From an uncultured delta proteobacterium (lineage in GTDB: Bacteria > Myxococcota_A > Polyangia > Palsa-1104): a DNA stretch of 64,000 bases. The position numbers and the translations under genes are program-made. The stretch spans positions 288,001-352,000 of the forward strand of contig CAWAWS010000015.1 of NCBI GenBank assembly GCA_963785725.1, read 5' to 3'. Below the pieces are notes generated by a model. The model searched no databases. It saw nothing but the letters and a program-made list of their open reading frames with translations, and was not told where the DNA came from. This document shows, one piece after another, positions 38,778 to 48,726 of the stretch (the first letter of the stretch is position 1; each line of letters opens with the position of its first letter).

Positions 38778-39550
38778 AAACTGGCAAGCTATATGGCGTC
38801 GGCGTCGGTCCGGGCGCGCCCGATTTGGTGACGCTGCGCGCGCTCCACGTCATGCGCACCGTCGACGTCTTGGCGCTGCCGCGCTCGAACGACTGGGGCG
38901 AGTCGATGGCCTGGAAGATCGTCGCGCCGCATCTCGAGCATGAGGAAAAGGCGGAGAAACTATTCCTCACCTTTCCCATGAATAAAGATCCCGAGCGGCT
39001 GAGGCCGGCGATCGCCAAGGCGTTGGACGCGATCGGGCCGCGGTTGGCGGCGGGGAAGTCGGTCGCGTTCGTGACCGAAGGCGATCCCTCGCTCTATTCG
39101 ACGTTCATCTACGTCGCGGCCGAGGCGCGGCGTCGCTTCGACGGGCTGGAGGTCGAGGTCGTGCCGGCGGTGTCGTCGCCGATGGCGGTGGCGGCCGTGA
39201 CCGGCGTGCCGCTCGCCGACGGCCAAGAGCGCATCGCCATCATCCCCGGCAACTACGGCGTCGGCGATCTCGACGGCATCTTGCGCGCGTTCGACACCAT
39301 CGTGCTCATGAAGATCGGGCCCGAAATGCCGCAGATTCTCGCCGCGCTCGAGCGCTGCGGGCTCGTCGATCGCGCCGTCTACGTCGCCAAGGCCACGATG
39401 GCCGAGCAGCGCATCGTGCGCGACTTGGCGAGCGTGTCGGCCGAGCGCGGCGACTGCTTCGCCATGGTCATCGTGTCGAAGAAGGAGCGCGCCGGCGTGC
39501 TCGTCGGCGAGTCGCCGCCCGTCGTCATCGCCAACGAGGCCCAGTCGTGA
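38774..39550 (+). CDS. cbiL: Cobalt-precorrin-2 C20-methyltransferase
   Basis: LYGVGVGPGAPDLVT, FPM, TEGDPSLYSTF, VLMK. Confidence 0.92.
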   Translation: MKTGKLYGVGVGPGAPDLVTLRALHVMRTVDVLALPRSNDWGESMAWKIVAPHLEHEEKAEKLFLTFPMNKDPERLRPAIAKALDAIGPRLAAGKSVAFVTEGDPSLYSTFIYVAAEARRRFDGLEVEVVPAVSSPMAVAAVTGVPLADGQERIAIIPGNYGVGDLDGILRAFDTIVLMKIGPEMPQILAALERCGLVDRAVYVAKATMAEQRIVRDLASVSAERGDCFAMVIVSKKERAGVLVGESPPVVIANEAQS

Positions 39551-40693
39551 GCGCGCGCAAACCGTGGGCGCTGTACGCGATCACGACGCACGGCATCGCC
39601 ATCGCCACCAAGCTCTTGCAGGCGCTGCCCGACGCCGATCTGTACGTGAGCGAGAAGTTGTTCGCCAAGGCGCCGCCGGGCGCGAAGCCGATGCCGTTGC
39701 CGATGGGGCCGACGCTGGCGGCGACGTTCACCGAATACGACTGCCACGTGCATGTCATCTCGGTCGGCGCCGTCGTGCGCATGGTCGCGCCGCTCCTGCA
39801 GAACAAGAAGGTCGACCCGGCCATCGTCTGCGTCGACGACGCCGCGCGCTTCGCCATCTGCGTCTTGTCCGGCCACGTCGGGCGCGGCAACGCCTTTTGC
39901 GATCGCGTCGCCGCCATCCTCGACGCCACGTCGGTCGTCACCACCGCCTCCGACGTGCGCGGCACGCTCACCGTCGACATCTTGGGCCGCGAGCTCGGCT
40001 GGACGCTCGAGGATCTCGACCGCAACGTCACGCGTGGCTGCGCCGCCGTCGTCAACGCCGCGCCGGTGCTGTTCGTGCAGGAGACGGGCGAGCCGGCGTT
40101 TTGGCCGCTCGATCGCGCGCTGCCCGAAGGCGTCACCTACGCGACCTCGCTCGACGGCGTCGATCCGGCGAAATACGAGATCCTGCTCATCGCCACCGAT
40201 CGCGAGATCCGCGAGACGGCACGCGCGCAGTGGGAGAACGCGGTCGTCTATCGGCCGCAGTCGCTGGTGCTCGGCATCGGCTGCGACAAGCTGACGCCGC
40301 CCGAGCTCGTCGAGCGCGGCGTGCGCCAGCTGTTGACGCGGCATGCGCTGGCGCTGCAATCGGTGCGCGCGATCGCCACCATCGACGTCAAGAAAGATGA
40401 ACCGGCGCTGCAAATGTTAACGCAAAAGTTGAATATTCCGCTGGTGACCTATACGGCGGCGGAGCTGGACGCGGTGGCCATGCCGACGCCGTCGGAGCTG
40501 GTCATGAAGCACGTGGGCACGCGCGGCGTGGCCGAGCCGGCGGCGCAGCTGGCGGCCGGCGCCATCGTGCCGTCGGCGCTGGGCGCGGCGGAGCTGATCG
40601 TTCCCGAAGCAGATTTACACGGAGGAGGGCGCGGGCCGCTCGATGACGTTCGCCGTCGCGCGCGTGCCGTTCGCCAAACGGGTGATCGCGTGA
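39547..40693 (+). CDS. cbiG: Cobalt-precorrin-5A hydrolase (frameshift ~40602)
   Basis: KVDPAIVCVD, LSGHVGRGN, VTTASD, LGIGC, GVAEPAA; tail PKQIY...TFAVAR in the next frame. Confidence 0.9.
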
Positions 40694-41541
40694 GCGGTAT
40701 TCTCTATGTCGTCGGCATCGGGCCGGGCGCGGCCGAGCACACGACGCCGGCGGCGCTGGCGGCCATCGCCGACGCCGAGCTCGTCGTCGGCTATCGCACG
40801 TACATCGGGCTCGTCCAGCACCTCATCGACGGCAAGGAGGTCGTGCAGACGGGCATGACCGAGGAGATCGGCCGCGCGCGGGCGGCGGTCGAGCGGGCGC
40901 GCGACGGCGGCGAAGGTGGCGCTGATCTCGTCCGGCGACGCCGGCGTCTACGGCATGGCCGGCCTGGTCTTCGAGGTGCTGCGCGAGATCGGCTGGAAGC
41001 GGGGCGAGTCGCCCGAGCTGCGGATCATTCCGGGCATGACGGCGCTCAACTCCTGCGCGTCGCTGCGTCGGGGCGCCGCTCGTGCACGACTTCTGCGCGA
41101 TCTCGCTCTCGGACCTGCTGACGCCGTGGCCGGTGATCGAGAAGCGCCTCAGGCGGCGGCGGCGGCCGACTTCGTCATCGGGCTCTACAACCCGGCCAGC
41201 GGACGGCGCACGCGGCAGATCGTCGAGGCGCAGCGCATCTTGCTCGCGCATCGCGCGCCCGAGACGCCGGTGGCGCTGGTCAAGAGCGCGTACCGCGAGC
41301 TCGAGCAGATCGTGCTGACCGACCTCGATCACTTCCTCGGACTACGAGATCGGCATGCTGACGACGGTGCTCATCGGGAGCTCGCAACACGTTCATGTTC
41401 GAGGGCTACATGGTCACGCCGCGCGGCTACACGAACAAGTACACCTGGGACGGCGAGGTGCGGCCGGGGCAAAAGCCGGCGCGCTCGCTGGTCGTCGACG
41501 GAGCGCTGCCGACGGCGCCGCTGGCGAAGGCGAGCGAATGA
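40690..41541 (+). CDS. cbiH: Cobalt-precorrin-3B C17-methyltransferase (several frameshifts)
   Basis: [48 protein letters not shown] across frames. Confidence 0.9.
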
Positions 41542-41920
41542 TGGCGCGCGTCGGGCGTTACAAAGGCGCGATCGTCGTCGAGACGAGCGGCGCGCAGTGG
41601 CTGGTCGGCAATCCCAAAGAGCCGTGCGCGGAAGTGCCGGATACGCTGGAGGCGCCTTATGTTCGCGTGCTCGCGACGACGGTGCCGCTCGCGTGCCCGG
41701 CTTCGTCGTCGACGGTGAAGAGGGGGCCGCGCTGGCGCTGGCGCTCGCCGGCAAGCTCGTCATCGCGCGCAACGGCAGCGTCTCGGAGCGGCTGTGGCGG
41801 CTCGTGTACGCGGCGAAGCGACCACGGGCGAGCCGCGCTTGCGAGTGGCTGGCCGGCGAGATGCCGGCAGCCGATCTGGGAGATCGTCCGCGACACAAGT
41901 CCTCGTGCAGGAGCTCATGA
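41538..41920 (+). CDS. Hypothetical protein between cbiH and cbiF (frameshifted)
   Basis: [14 protein letters not shown]...WLVGNPKEPC, then in another frame LVIARNGSVSERLWRLV; overlaps both neighbours. Confidence 0.55.
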
Positions 41921-42696
41921 GGTGCTACATCATCGGCGCCGGCCCCGGCGATCCCGAAGCTCATCACCGTCAGCGGCGCAGAGCTCATCGCGCGCTGCCC
42001 GGTCGTCTTCTACACGGGCTCGCTCGTGCCCGAGGCGGTCATCGCGCGCGCTCGCAAAGACGCCAAGGTGCTCGACTGCTCGGGCATGACGCTCGACGAA
42101 ATCGTCGCCGTCATCGTCGCCGCGCGCGACGCCAGCCAGGACGTCGCGCGCGTGCACACCGGCGATCCGTCGGTCTTCGGCTCGACGGCGGAGCAGATGC
42201 GGCGCCTGCACGAGCTCGGCATCGAGTGCGAGATCGTGCCCGGCGTGTCGTCGTTCTCGGCGGCGGCGGCGGCCATCGGCAAAGAGCTGACCCTGCCCGA
42301 GCTGTGTCAGACGGTCATCCTGACGCGCGCCGAAGGGCGGACGCCGATGCCGCCCGACGAGAAGCTCGAGGATCTGGCGCGTCACCGGGCGACCCTCTGC
42401 CTGTTCCTGTCGCATCACGCTGATGAAGGACGTGTCGACGGCGCTGACCCCGTCGTACGGCGCCGATTGCCCGGTGGCGGTCGTGCACAAGGCGTGGTGG
42501 CCCGATCAGCAGATCGTGTGGGCGACCGTCGGTGACATGGCGGAGCAGGTGGAAGCGGCGGGGTTGAAGGCGACGTGCATGGTGCTGGTCGGGCGCGTGC
42601 TTGACGGCCGAGGACTTCGCCGACTCGCGCCTGTACGCGCCGGAGTTTTCGCATGGTTTTCGGCGGGCGCGGCCGCGCGCGGGTGTCACGCGATGA
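41917..42696 (+). CDS. cbiF: Cobalt-precorrin-4 C11-methyltransferase (several frameshifts)
   Basis: IGAGPGDP, RVHTGDPSVFG, ELTLPE..QTVILTR, SRLYAPEFSHGFR. Confidence 0.9.
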
Positions 42697-44141
42697 CGAT
42701 GGGCTTCGTCCATCTCGTCGGCGCGGGCCCGGGCGATCCGGCGCTGTTGACGGTGCGCGCGCGCCAGCTCCTCGACGGCTGCGATGTCGTGGCTTACGAC
42801 GAGCTGTGCTCGGACGCGCTCTTGGCCGGCGTGCCGGCGACGGCCGAGCTGTTGCCGGTCGGTCGGCGCGCCAATGATGGGCAGAGCCGCGAAGGTTGTC
42901 TGCATCCGGCGGTGCTCGAGCGTGCGCGAGCGGGCAAGCGCGTCGTGCGGTTGAAGGCGGGCGATCCGCTGATCTTCGGGCGCGGCGGCGAAGAGGCCGA
43001 GGAGTTGGCGGCTGCGGGCGTGCCGTTCGACATCGTCCCCGGCGTGTCGGCGGCGCTGGGCGCGGCGGCCTATGCCGGCATTCCGCTGACCCATCGCCAT
43101 CTGTCGTCGTCGGTTGCGTTTGCGACGGGCCACGAAGGCGAAGGCGCGCCCGACGCCGGCACGCTCGTCTTGTACATGGCGGGCAAGAAGTTGGCGGCGA
43201 ACCTGGCGCGCGTCATCGCCGACGGGCGCGCGGCGACGACGCCGGCCGCGTACGTCGCGTCGGCGACGACGGCACGGCAGCGGGTCATCGTCGGCACGCT
43301 GGCCGATTTGCCGGCGCGCGTGGCCGCCGCCGACGTCGACGCGGCGGCGCCGGCGCTCGTCATCGTCGGCGACGTCGTGGCCTTGCGCGACAAAGTCGGC
43401 TGGCGCGAAAAGCGGCCGCTTGCGGGTCGGCGTGTGCTCGTCGGCCGCGCGCGCCCCGGCCGCTCGCAGCTGACGGCGCGTCTGACCGCGCTCGGCGCCG
43501 AAGTCGTGGAGGCGCCCGACGTCAGCGTCGCGCCGCCCGCCGACTGGACGCCGTTCACCCACGCGCTCGAGGCGCTCGATCTCGTCGATGCCATCGTCTT
43601 CGCCAGTGCCGAAGCGGTGACGGCGACGGTGGCGCAATTGGGCGCGCTCGGTCGCGACCTGCGCTCCTTGCCCTGGCTGCCGTTCGTCGCCGTCGGCCTA
43701 CCCACCGCCGAGGCGCTGCGCCGGCATGGCCTCGTGCCGGCCATCGTCGCGCCGGGCGCCTGCGCCGATGCGCTCGCCGGCCACGCGGCGCTGGCGTCCG
43801 GTCGGCTGCTCGTGCTCGCCGATGACAGCGGCCGCCCGCAGCTGGCCGCGGAGTTGCGCGCGCTCGGGGCGCGCGTCGACGTCGTCGCCGTCTATCGGCA
43901 CGCGCTGTCGTGGCCGCGCTTGCGCGATCTGCAGTTCGATCTCGTCATCGCGCCCTCGTCGTCGGCGGCGCAGCATCTGGCCGACGGTCCGTACGGCGCC
44001 GAATTGCGCGCGCAGCGCTGGCTGGCGATGGGCCCTTTGACCGAAGCCGCCGCGCAAAAGCTGGGCGTCCGCACCATCCAGCGCGCCGCCAGCGACGACG
44101 TCGCCAGCTTGGCCGCGCGCGCCGAGGAGCTTTTGGCATGA
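42693..44141 (+). CDS. cobA: Uroporphyrinogen-III C-methyltransferase fused to a HemD-like domain
   Basis: VHLVGAGPGDPALLT, RLKAGDPLIFGRGGEE, AGIPLTHR, then PLAGRRVLVGR HemD-like half. Confidence 0.9.
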   Translation: MTMGFVHLVGAGPGDPALLTVRARQLLDGCDVVAYDELCSDALLAGVPATAELLPVGRRANDGQSREGCLHPAVLERARAGKRVVRLKAGDPLIFGRGGEEAEELAAAGVPFDIVPGVSAALGAAAYAGIPLTHRHLSSSVAFATGHEGEGAPDAGTLVLYMAGKKLAANLARVIADGRAATTPAAYVASATTARQRVIVGTLADLPARVAAADVDAAAPALVIVGDVVALRDKVGWREKRPLAGRRVLVGRARPGRSQLTARLTALGAEVVEAPDVSVAPPADWTPFTHALEALDLVDAIVFASAEAVTATVAQLGALGRDLRSLPWLPFVAVGLPTAEALRRHGLVPAIVAPGACADALAGHAALASGRLLVLADDSGRPQLAAELRALGARVDVVAVYRHALSWPRLRDLQFDLVIAPSSSAAQHLADGPYGAELRAQRWLAMGPLTEAAAQKLGVRTIQRAASDDVASLAARAEELLA

Positions 44142-44194
44142 GCGAACGTCAGCGCGCGGAGCGACCGATTTGGTCACGGGGTATCGGCGGATGA
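44138..44194 (+). other. Junction mini-ORF element C (MSERQRAERPIWSRGIGG)
   Basis: ATGA overlaps with the cobA-hemD stop and with the cobO start. Confidence 0.6.
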
Positions 44195-44721
44195 GCGACG
44201 GCAAACCGGACGGCATCGTCATCGTCTACACCGGCAACGGCAAGGGCAAGACCACGGCGGCGTTGGGCTTGGCCTGGCGCGCGATGGGCCGCCAGCTCCC
44301 CGTCGCCGTCGTGCAGTTCATCAAAGGCAAGTGGAAGACGGGCGAGCGCAGCTTCGCCGAGCAGCTGCCGCAGCTCACGTTCCGCGTGATGGGCCTCGGC
44401 TTCACCTGGGACTCCGACGATCTGTCGCGCGACGCCGCGGCCGCCAAAGCCGCGTGGGCCGAGGCGCGCACGCTCATCGCGGCCGGCGCGCACGACGTCG
44501 TCGTCCTCGACGAGCTGACCTACGCCGTCAATTACGGCTTCGTCGCGCTGGCCGAGCTCCTGGCGACGCTGGCGGAGCGACCGCGCCACGTCACCGTCGT
44601 CATCACCGGCCGCAACGCGCCCGACGAGCTCGTCGCCGCCGCAGACTTGGTCACCGAGATGAAATCGATCAAGCACCCCTTCAGCGCGGGCAAAAAGGCG
44701 TTGCCCGGCGTGGACTACTGA
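44191..44721 (+). CDS. cobO: Cob(I)yrinate adenosyltransferase (CobO/BtuR)
   Basis: YTGNGKGKTTAALG, VQFIKG, LDELTY, ITGR, DLVTEM..IKHPF. Confidence 0.95.
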   Translation: MSDGKPDGIVIVYTGNGKGKTTAALGLAWRAMGRQLPVAVVQFIKGKWKTGERSFAEQLPQLTFRVMGLGFTWDSDDLSRDAAAAKAAWAEARTLIAAGAHDVVVLDELTYAVNYGFVALAELLATLAERPRHVTVVITGRNAPDELVAAADLVTEMKSIKHPFSAGKKALPGVDY

Positions 44722-46089
44722 TGACGGCGCGGCTCGTCATCGCGGGCACGTCGAGCGGCGTCGGCAAGACGACGGTGACGCTGGCGTTGGCGGCGGCCTT
44801 GCGCGCGCGTGGCCTGCGCGTGGCGGCGTTCAAGTGCGGGCCCGACTATCTCGACCCGACGTATCACGCTCGCGCGACCGGCGGCAAGAGCCACAACCTC
44901 GACGGCTGGATGATGGGCCGAGACGCGGTGCTGGCGACGTTCGCGCGCGCTTGTGCCGCTGCCGATGTCGCGATCATCGAAGGTGTCATGGGCCTCTACG
45001 ACGGCGCGTCGCCCGACGGTGAAGAGGGCTCGGCCGCCGAGATCGCCAAGTGGCTGGCGGCGCCGGTGCTGGCCGTCGTCGACGCCGGCGGCATGGCGCG
45101 CACGATCGCCGCCGTCGGCGTCGGCCTGCGCGCGTTCGATCCCGAGCTGCGGCTGGCCGGCCTCGTCGCCAACCGGCTCGGCTCGCGCGGTCACCTCGAT
45201 CTGCTCAAGCGCGCCTGTCTGCCGCACGTGCCGGTCATGGGCGGCTTGCCGCGCGACGCCGCGCGCGCGTTTCCCGAGCGCCACTTGGGGCTGCGCACCG
45301 CCGATGCCGAGGTCGTGCCCGACGCGCTCGTGCAGGCGTGGGCCGCGACGTTCGCCGAGTGGAACGACGTCGACGCCTGGCTCGCGCTCGCCCGCTCGGC
45401 GCCGCCGCTCGACCTCCCGGCCGTCGCCGCGCCGGCGCCGACCGCGCGTCGCTGCCGCATCGCCATCGCCCGCGACGCCGCCTTTCACTTCTACTACGAC
45501 GACAACTTGGCGCGCCTGCGAGGCCTTGGGCGCCGAGCTGGTCCCGTTCTCGCCGCTCGCCGACGCGCAGCTGCCCGCCGTCGACGGCGTCTACTTGGGC
45601 GGCGGCTATCCCGAGGCGCACGCCGCGCAGCTGGCCGCCAACGCGCCGATGCGCGCCGCTTTACGCGCCTTCGCCGCCGCCGGCGGGCCCATCTACGCCG
45701 AATGCGGCGGCCTCATGTACCTCGGCGACGCCATCCGCACGCTCGACGGCACGACGCACCCGATGCTCGGCCTCGTCGCCGGCACCGCCGTCATGCACGA
45801 CAAGCTGCAGGCGCTCGGCTACGTCGAGGTCGAGACGCAGCGCCGCACCTTGCTCGGCGGCGCCGGCCTGCGCATGCGCGGCCATCAATTCCGCTATTCG
45901 ACGCTGCAAGGCGGCGCCGGCGACGCCTACAGCATCCGCAAACGCCGCGGCGGCTCGGTCGAGCTCGAGGGCTACGGCAGCGGCAACATCTTGGGCTCGT
46001 ACGTACACGTCCATTGGGCGTCGAATCCGCTCGTCGCCGAAGGCTTCGTCACCGCTTGCACCCGCTTTGCCGAGGAGCGCGCCACATGA
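44721..46089 (+). CDS. cbiA: Cobyrinate a,c-diamide synthase (frameshift ~45522)
   Basis: SGVGKTT, FKCGPDYLDP, IEGVMGLYDG, ERHLGL, AFHFYY, GGGYPE, AECGGLMYL. Confidence 0.93.
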
Positions 46090-46802
46090 TGCTGCCGTCG
46101 CTGCCCACGCTCGAGGATGAGGGTCGCCTCTTGGTCGTACGCTTCGAGAGGCCGCAGCGCACGCTGTCGTCGGCGATCGTCGGCGGCGGGTTCGGTCGCG
46201 CGCGCGCCGTCGCCTGGCGCTTCGTGCGCAACGCCGAGCTGCCGCACGACGTCGACCCGGCGGCGCTGCTCGACCGCGCGCTGACCGAAGCCGGCCTCGT
46301 CGAAGCCGTGGGCATGTTGACGGCGCGCGATCTGTCGCGCTTCGAGTGTGTGACCGAGGAGTCGGGCGGTCTCGGCGCGCGCGCCGTGGCCACCGTCGGC
46401 CTCGGCAACGCCGTCGCCGCCGGCGATCCGCCCGGTCCGCTCGCCGTCGGCACGATCAACGTGCTCGTGCAGCTGTCGCAGCCGCTCACCGATGGCGCGT
46501 TCGTCGAAGCGCTGGCGCTGGCTGCCGAAGCGCGCACGGCCGCGGTCATGGAGGCGCGCGTCTTGAGCCGGCGCTCCTGTCGCTGGGCGACGGGCACCGG
46601 CACCGACTGTCTCGTCGTCGCCGCGCCCATCGCCGCCGACGAGACCGCGCTGCATTACGTCGGCAAGCACACGCTGCTCGGGTCGCTGGCGGGCGCGGCC
46701 GTGTACGCGGCGGTGGGCGCGGGCGTGCGTCGGTGGATCGCCGAGCAGCAAGCGCCAGTGCCGCCGAGCGCGAACGAGAAGCCGCAGACGAGGGCGCATT
46801 GA
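46086..46802 (+). CDS. cbiZ: Adenosylcobinamide amidohydrolase
   Basis: LSSAIVGGG, GMLTA, ATVGLGNA, GTINV, ATGTGTD, GKHT. Confidence 0.88.
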   Translation: MMLPSLPTLEDEGRLLVVRFERPQRTLSSAIVGGGFGRARAVAWRFVRNAELPHDVDPAALLDRALTEAGLVEAVGMLTARDLSRFECVTEESGGLGARAVATVGLGNAVAAGDPPGPLAVGTINVLVQLSQPLTDGAFVEALALAAEARTAAVMEARVLSRRSCRWATGTGTDCLVVAAPIAADETALHYVGKHTLLGSLAGAAVYAAVGAGVRRWIAEQQAPVPPSANEKPQTRAH

Positions 46803-47740
46803 CGGCGACGACCGAGGCGCTCGTCGTGCTCGGCGGCGCGTTGGCGCTCGACGTGTTCGTGGGCGAGCCGCCGAACGCGCTGCATCCGGTCGTGTGGATG
46901 GGGCACTACTATCGCGCGCTGCGCCGGCGCGCGCCCAAGTCGCCGGCGGCCGCGTTCGCTTACGGCGCGTTCATGGCGCTGTCGGGCCCGCTGTTGTTTG
47001 CCGTCGCGGCTTATGCCGCGGCGCGGGTGTCGGCGCCCTGGCCGTGGCTGCGCGTCGCGCTCGAGGCGTGGCTGCTCAAGTCGGCCTTCGCCATTCGCGC
47101 GCTCGGCGGCGCCGCGGTCGTCGTCGCGCGGGCGCTCGCCGCCGGCGATTTGGCGGGCGCGCGCCTCGGCCTGCGCAGCCTCGTGTCGCGCGACTGCTCG
47201 GCGCTGCCGGCGCCGCTCTTGGCCGCCGCCGCCGTCGAGTCGGTAGCCGAGAACGCCTCCGATTCGCTGGTCGCGCCGCTGGTCTATTTCGTCGTCGGCG
47301 GCGTGCCGGCGGCGCTGGCCTATCGCGCCTGCAACACGCTCGACGCCATGATCGGCTATCACGGCGAGACCGAGTGGCTCGGCAAGGCGGCGGCGCGCCT
47401 CGACGATGTGGCCAACCTCGTGCCGGCGCGGTTGACGGCTCTCTGCATCGTCGTCGCCAGCGGGCTTTTCCCAGCCGGCGGCGCCTCGGCGGTGGGTGCT
47501 TGGCGCTGCTGGTGGCGCGACGGCGGCCGCACCGAGAGCCCGAACGCCGGCCGGCCGATGGCGGCGATGGCCGGCGCGCTCGGCGTGCAGCTGGAAAAGG
47601 TCGGTCACTATCGGCTCGGCGACGGCGAGGCCGTCCTCGGCGCCGCCGCCATTTCGCGCGCGGTGACGCTCTTGTATGTCGCCTGCGCGCTGGCGTCGGC
47701 CCTGGCCGCGGCGGCGATCGTGTGGGTGCGACGTGGCTGA
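46799..47740 (+). CDS. cbiB: Adenosylcobinamide-phosphate synthase
   Basis: GEPP..HPVVWMG, LVSRD, ESVAENASD, NTLDAMIGY, SPNAG. Confidence 0.94.
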   Translation: MTATTEALVVLGGALALDVFVGEPPNALHPVVWMGHYYRALRRRAPKSPAAAFAYGAFMALSGPLLFAVAAYAAARVSAPWPWLRVALEAWLLKSAFAIRALGGAAVVVARALAAGDLAGARLGLRSLVSRDCSALPAPLLAAAAVESVAENASDSLVAPLVYFVVGGVPAALAYRACNTLDAMIGYHGETEWLGKAAARLDDVANLVPARLTALCIVVASGLFPAGGASAVGAWRCWWRDGGRTESPNAGRPMAAMAGALGVQLEKVGHYRLGDGEAVLGAAAISRAVTLLYVACALASALAAAAIVWVRRG

Positions 47741-48726
47741 GCGGCGCTTGCCGGCGCCGCGCCCCGAGCTGCGTGCGCTGCCGCCGGCCGTGCATGGCGG
47801 CGACGCGCCCGACGGCGTCGTCGACTGCTCGACCGGCGTGTCACCGCTGCCGCCGCCGCCGGCCGTGCTCGCCGCCATCGCCGCCGCCGATGTCACGCGC
47901 TATCCGCATCCGACGGCGCTGCCGCTGCGTCGCGCCATCGCCGCCGCGCACTCGGTCGACGTCGACTGCGTCGTCGCCGGCGCCGGCTCGGTCGAGCTCA
48001 TCTGGGCCTTGGCGCGCGCGTTCGGCGGCCCCGCGCGTCGCGTCGGCTATGTCGCGCCCGCGTTCGCCGAGTATGCGCAGGCGGCGCGCGCGTCCGGCGC
48101 CGAGGTGCTCGCCGTCGCCGACGCCGACGACGCGCGGCTCGCCGACGTCGACCTGGCCTTCGTCGCGCGGCCGGGCAATCCGACGCTGGCGCTGCCGACG
48201 CTGACGACGCTCACGGCGCCGCTTGACGATCGTGGACGAAGCCTATTTGCCGCTGTGCCAAGACGTGCAGCCGATGCAGCCGACGCCGCACGTCGCGGTC
48301 TTGCGCTCGCTCACGAAGCTGTTCGCGCTGCCGGGTTTGCGGCTCGGCTATCTCGTCGCCGACCGGCCGGTGGCCGCGGCGGTGCGCGCGGCGCTGCCGC
48401 CGTGGAATGTGTCGCAGCCGGCCATCGCCGCCGGCCTGGCCGCGCTCGCCGAGCCGACGGCGCCGGTGCGCGCGGCCATCGCAGCGCTGCGCGGCAGGCT
48501 GGTCGCGCGTCTGGCCGCGCTGCGCGCCGGCGTCGTCGCCGCCAACGGCACGTTCGTCGTCGTCGACGTCGGCGATGCGGCGGCGTTTTCGGCGGCGCTG
48601 CTCGCGCACGGCGCCCGCGTCCGCGACTGCACGAGCTTCGGCCTGCCGTCGCTGGTGCGCGTCGGCGTGCGCAACGACGACGATCAGGCGCGCCTCGTCG
48701 CCGCCTGGCGCCAGGTCATCGCATGA
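47733..48726 (+). CDS. cobD: Threonine-phosphate decarboxylase, PLP class I/II (frameshift ~48220)
   Basis: VHGG, YP.P, GAGSVELI, PGNPT, VDEAY, RSLTKLFALPGLRLGY, RDCTSFG. Confidence 0.85.

Noticed and set aside
39547..46802. Apparent CbiG-CbiH, CbiF-CobA and CbiA-CbiZ fusions
   Set aside because: Each arises from an indel; the native stop/start overlaps (40690, 42693, 46086) are intact.
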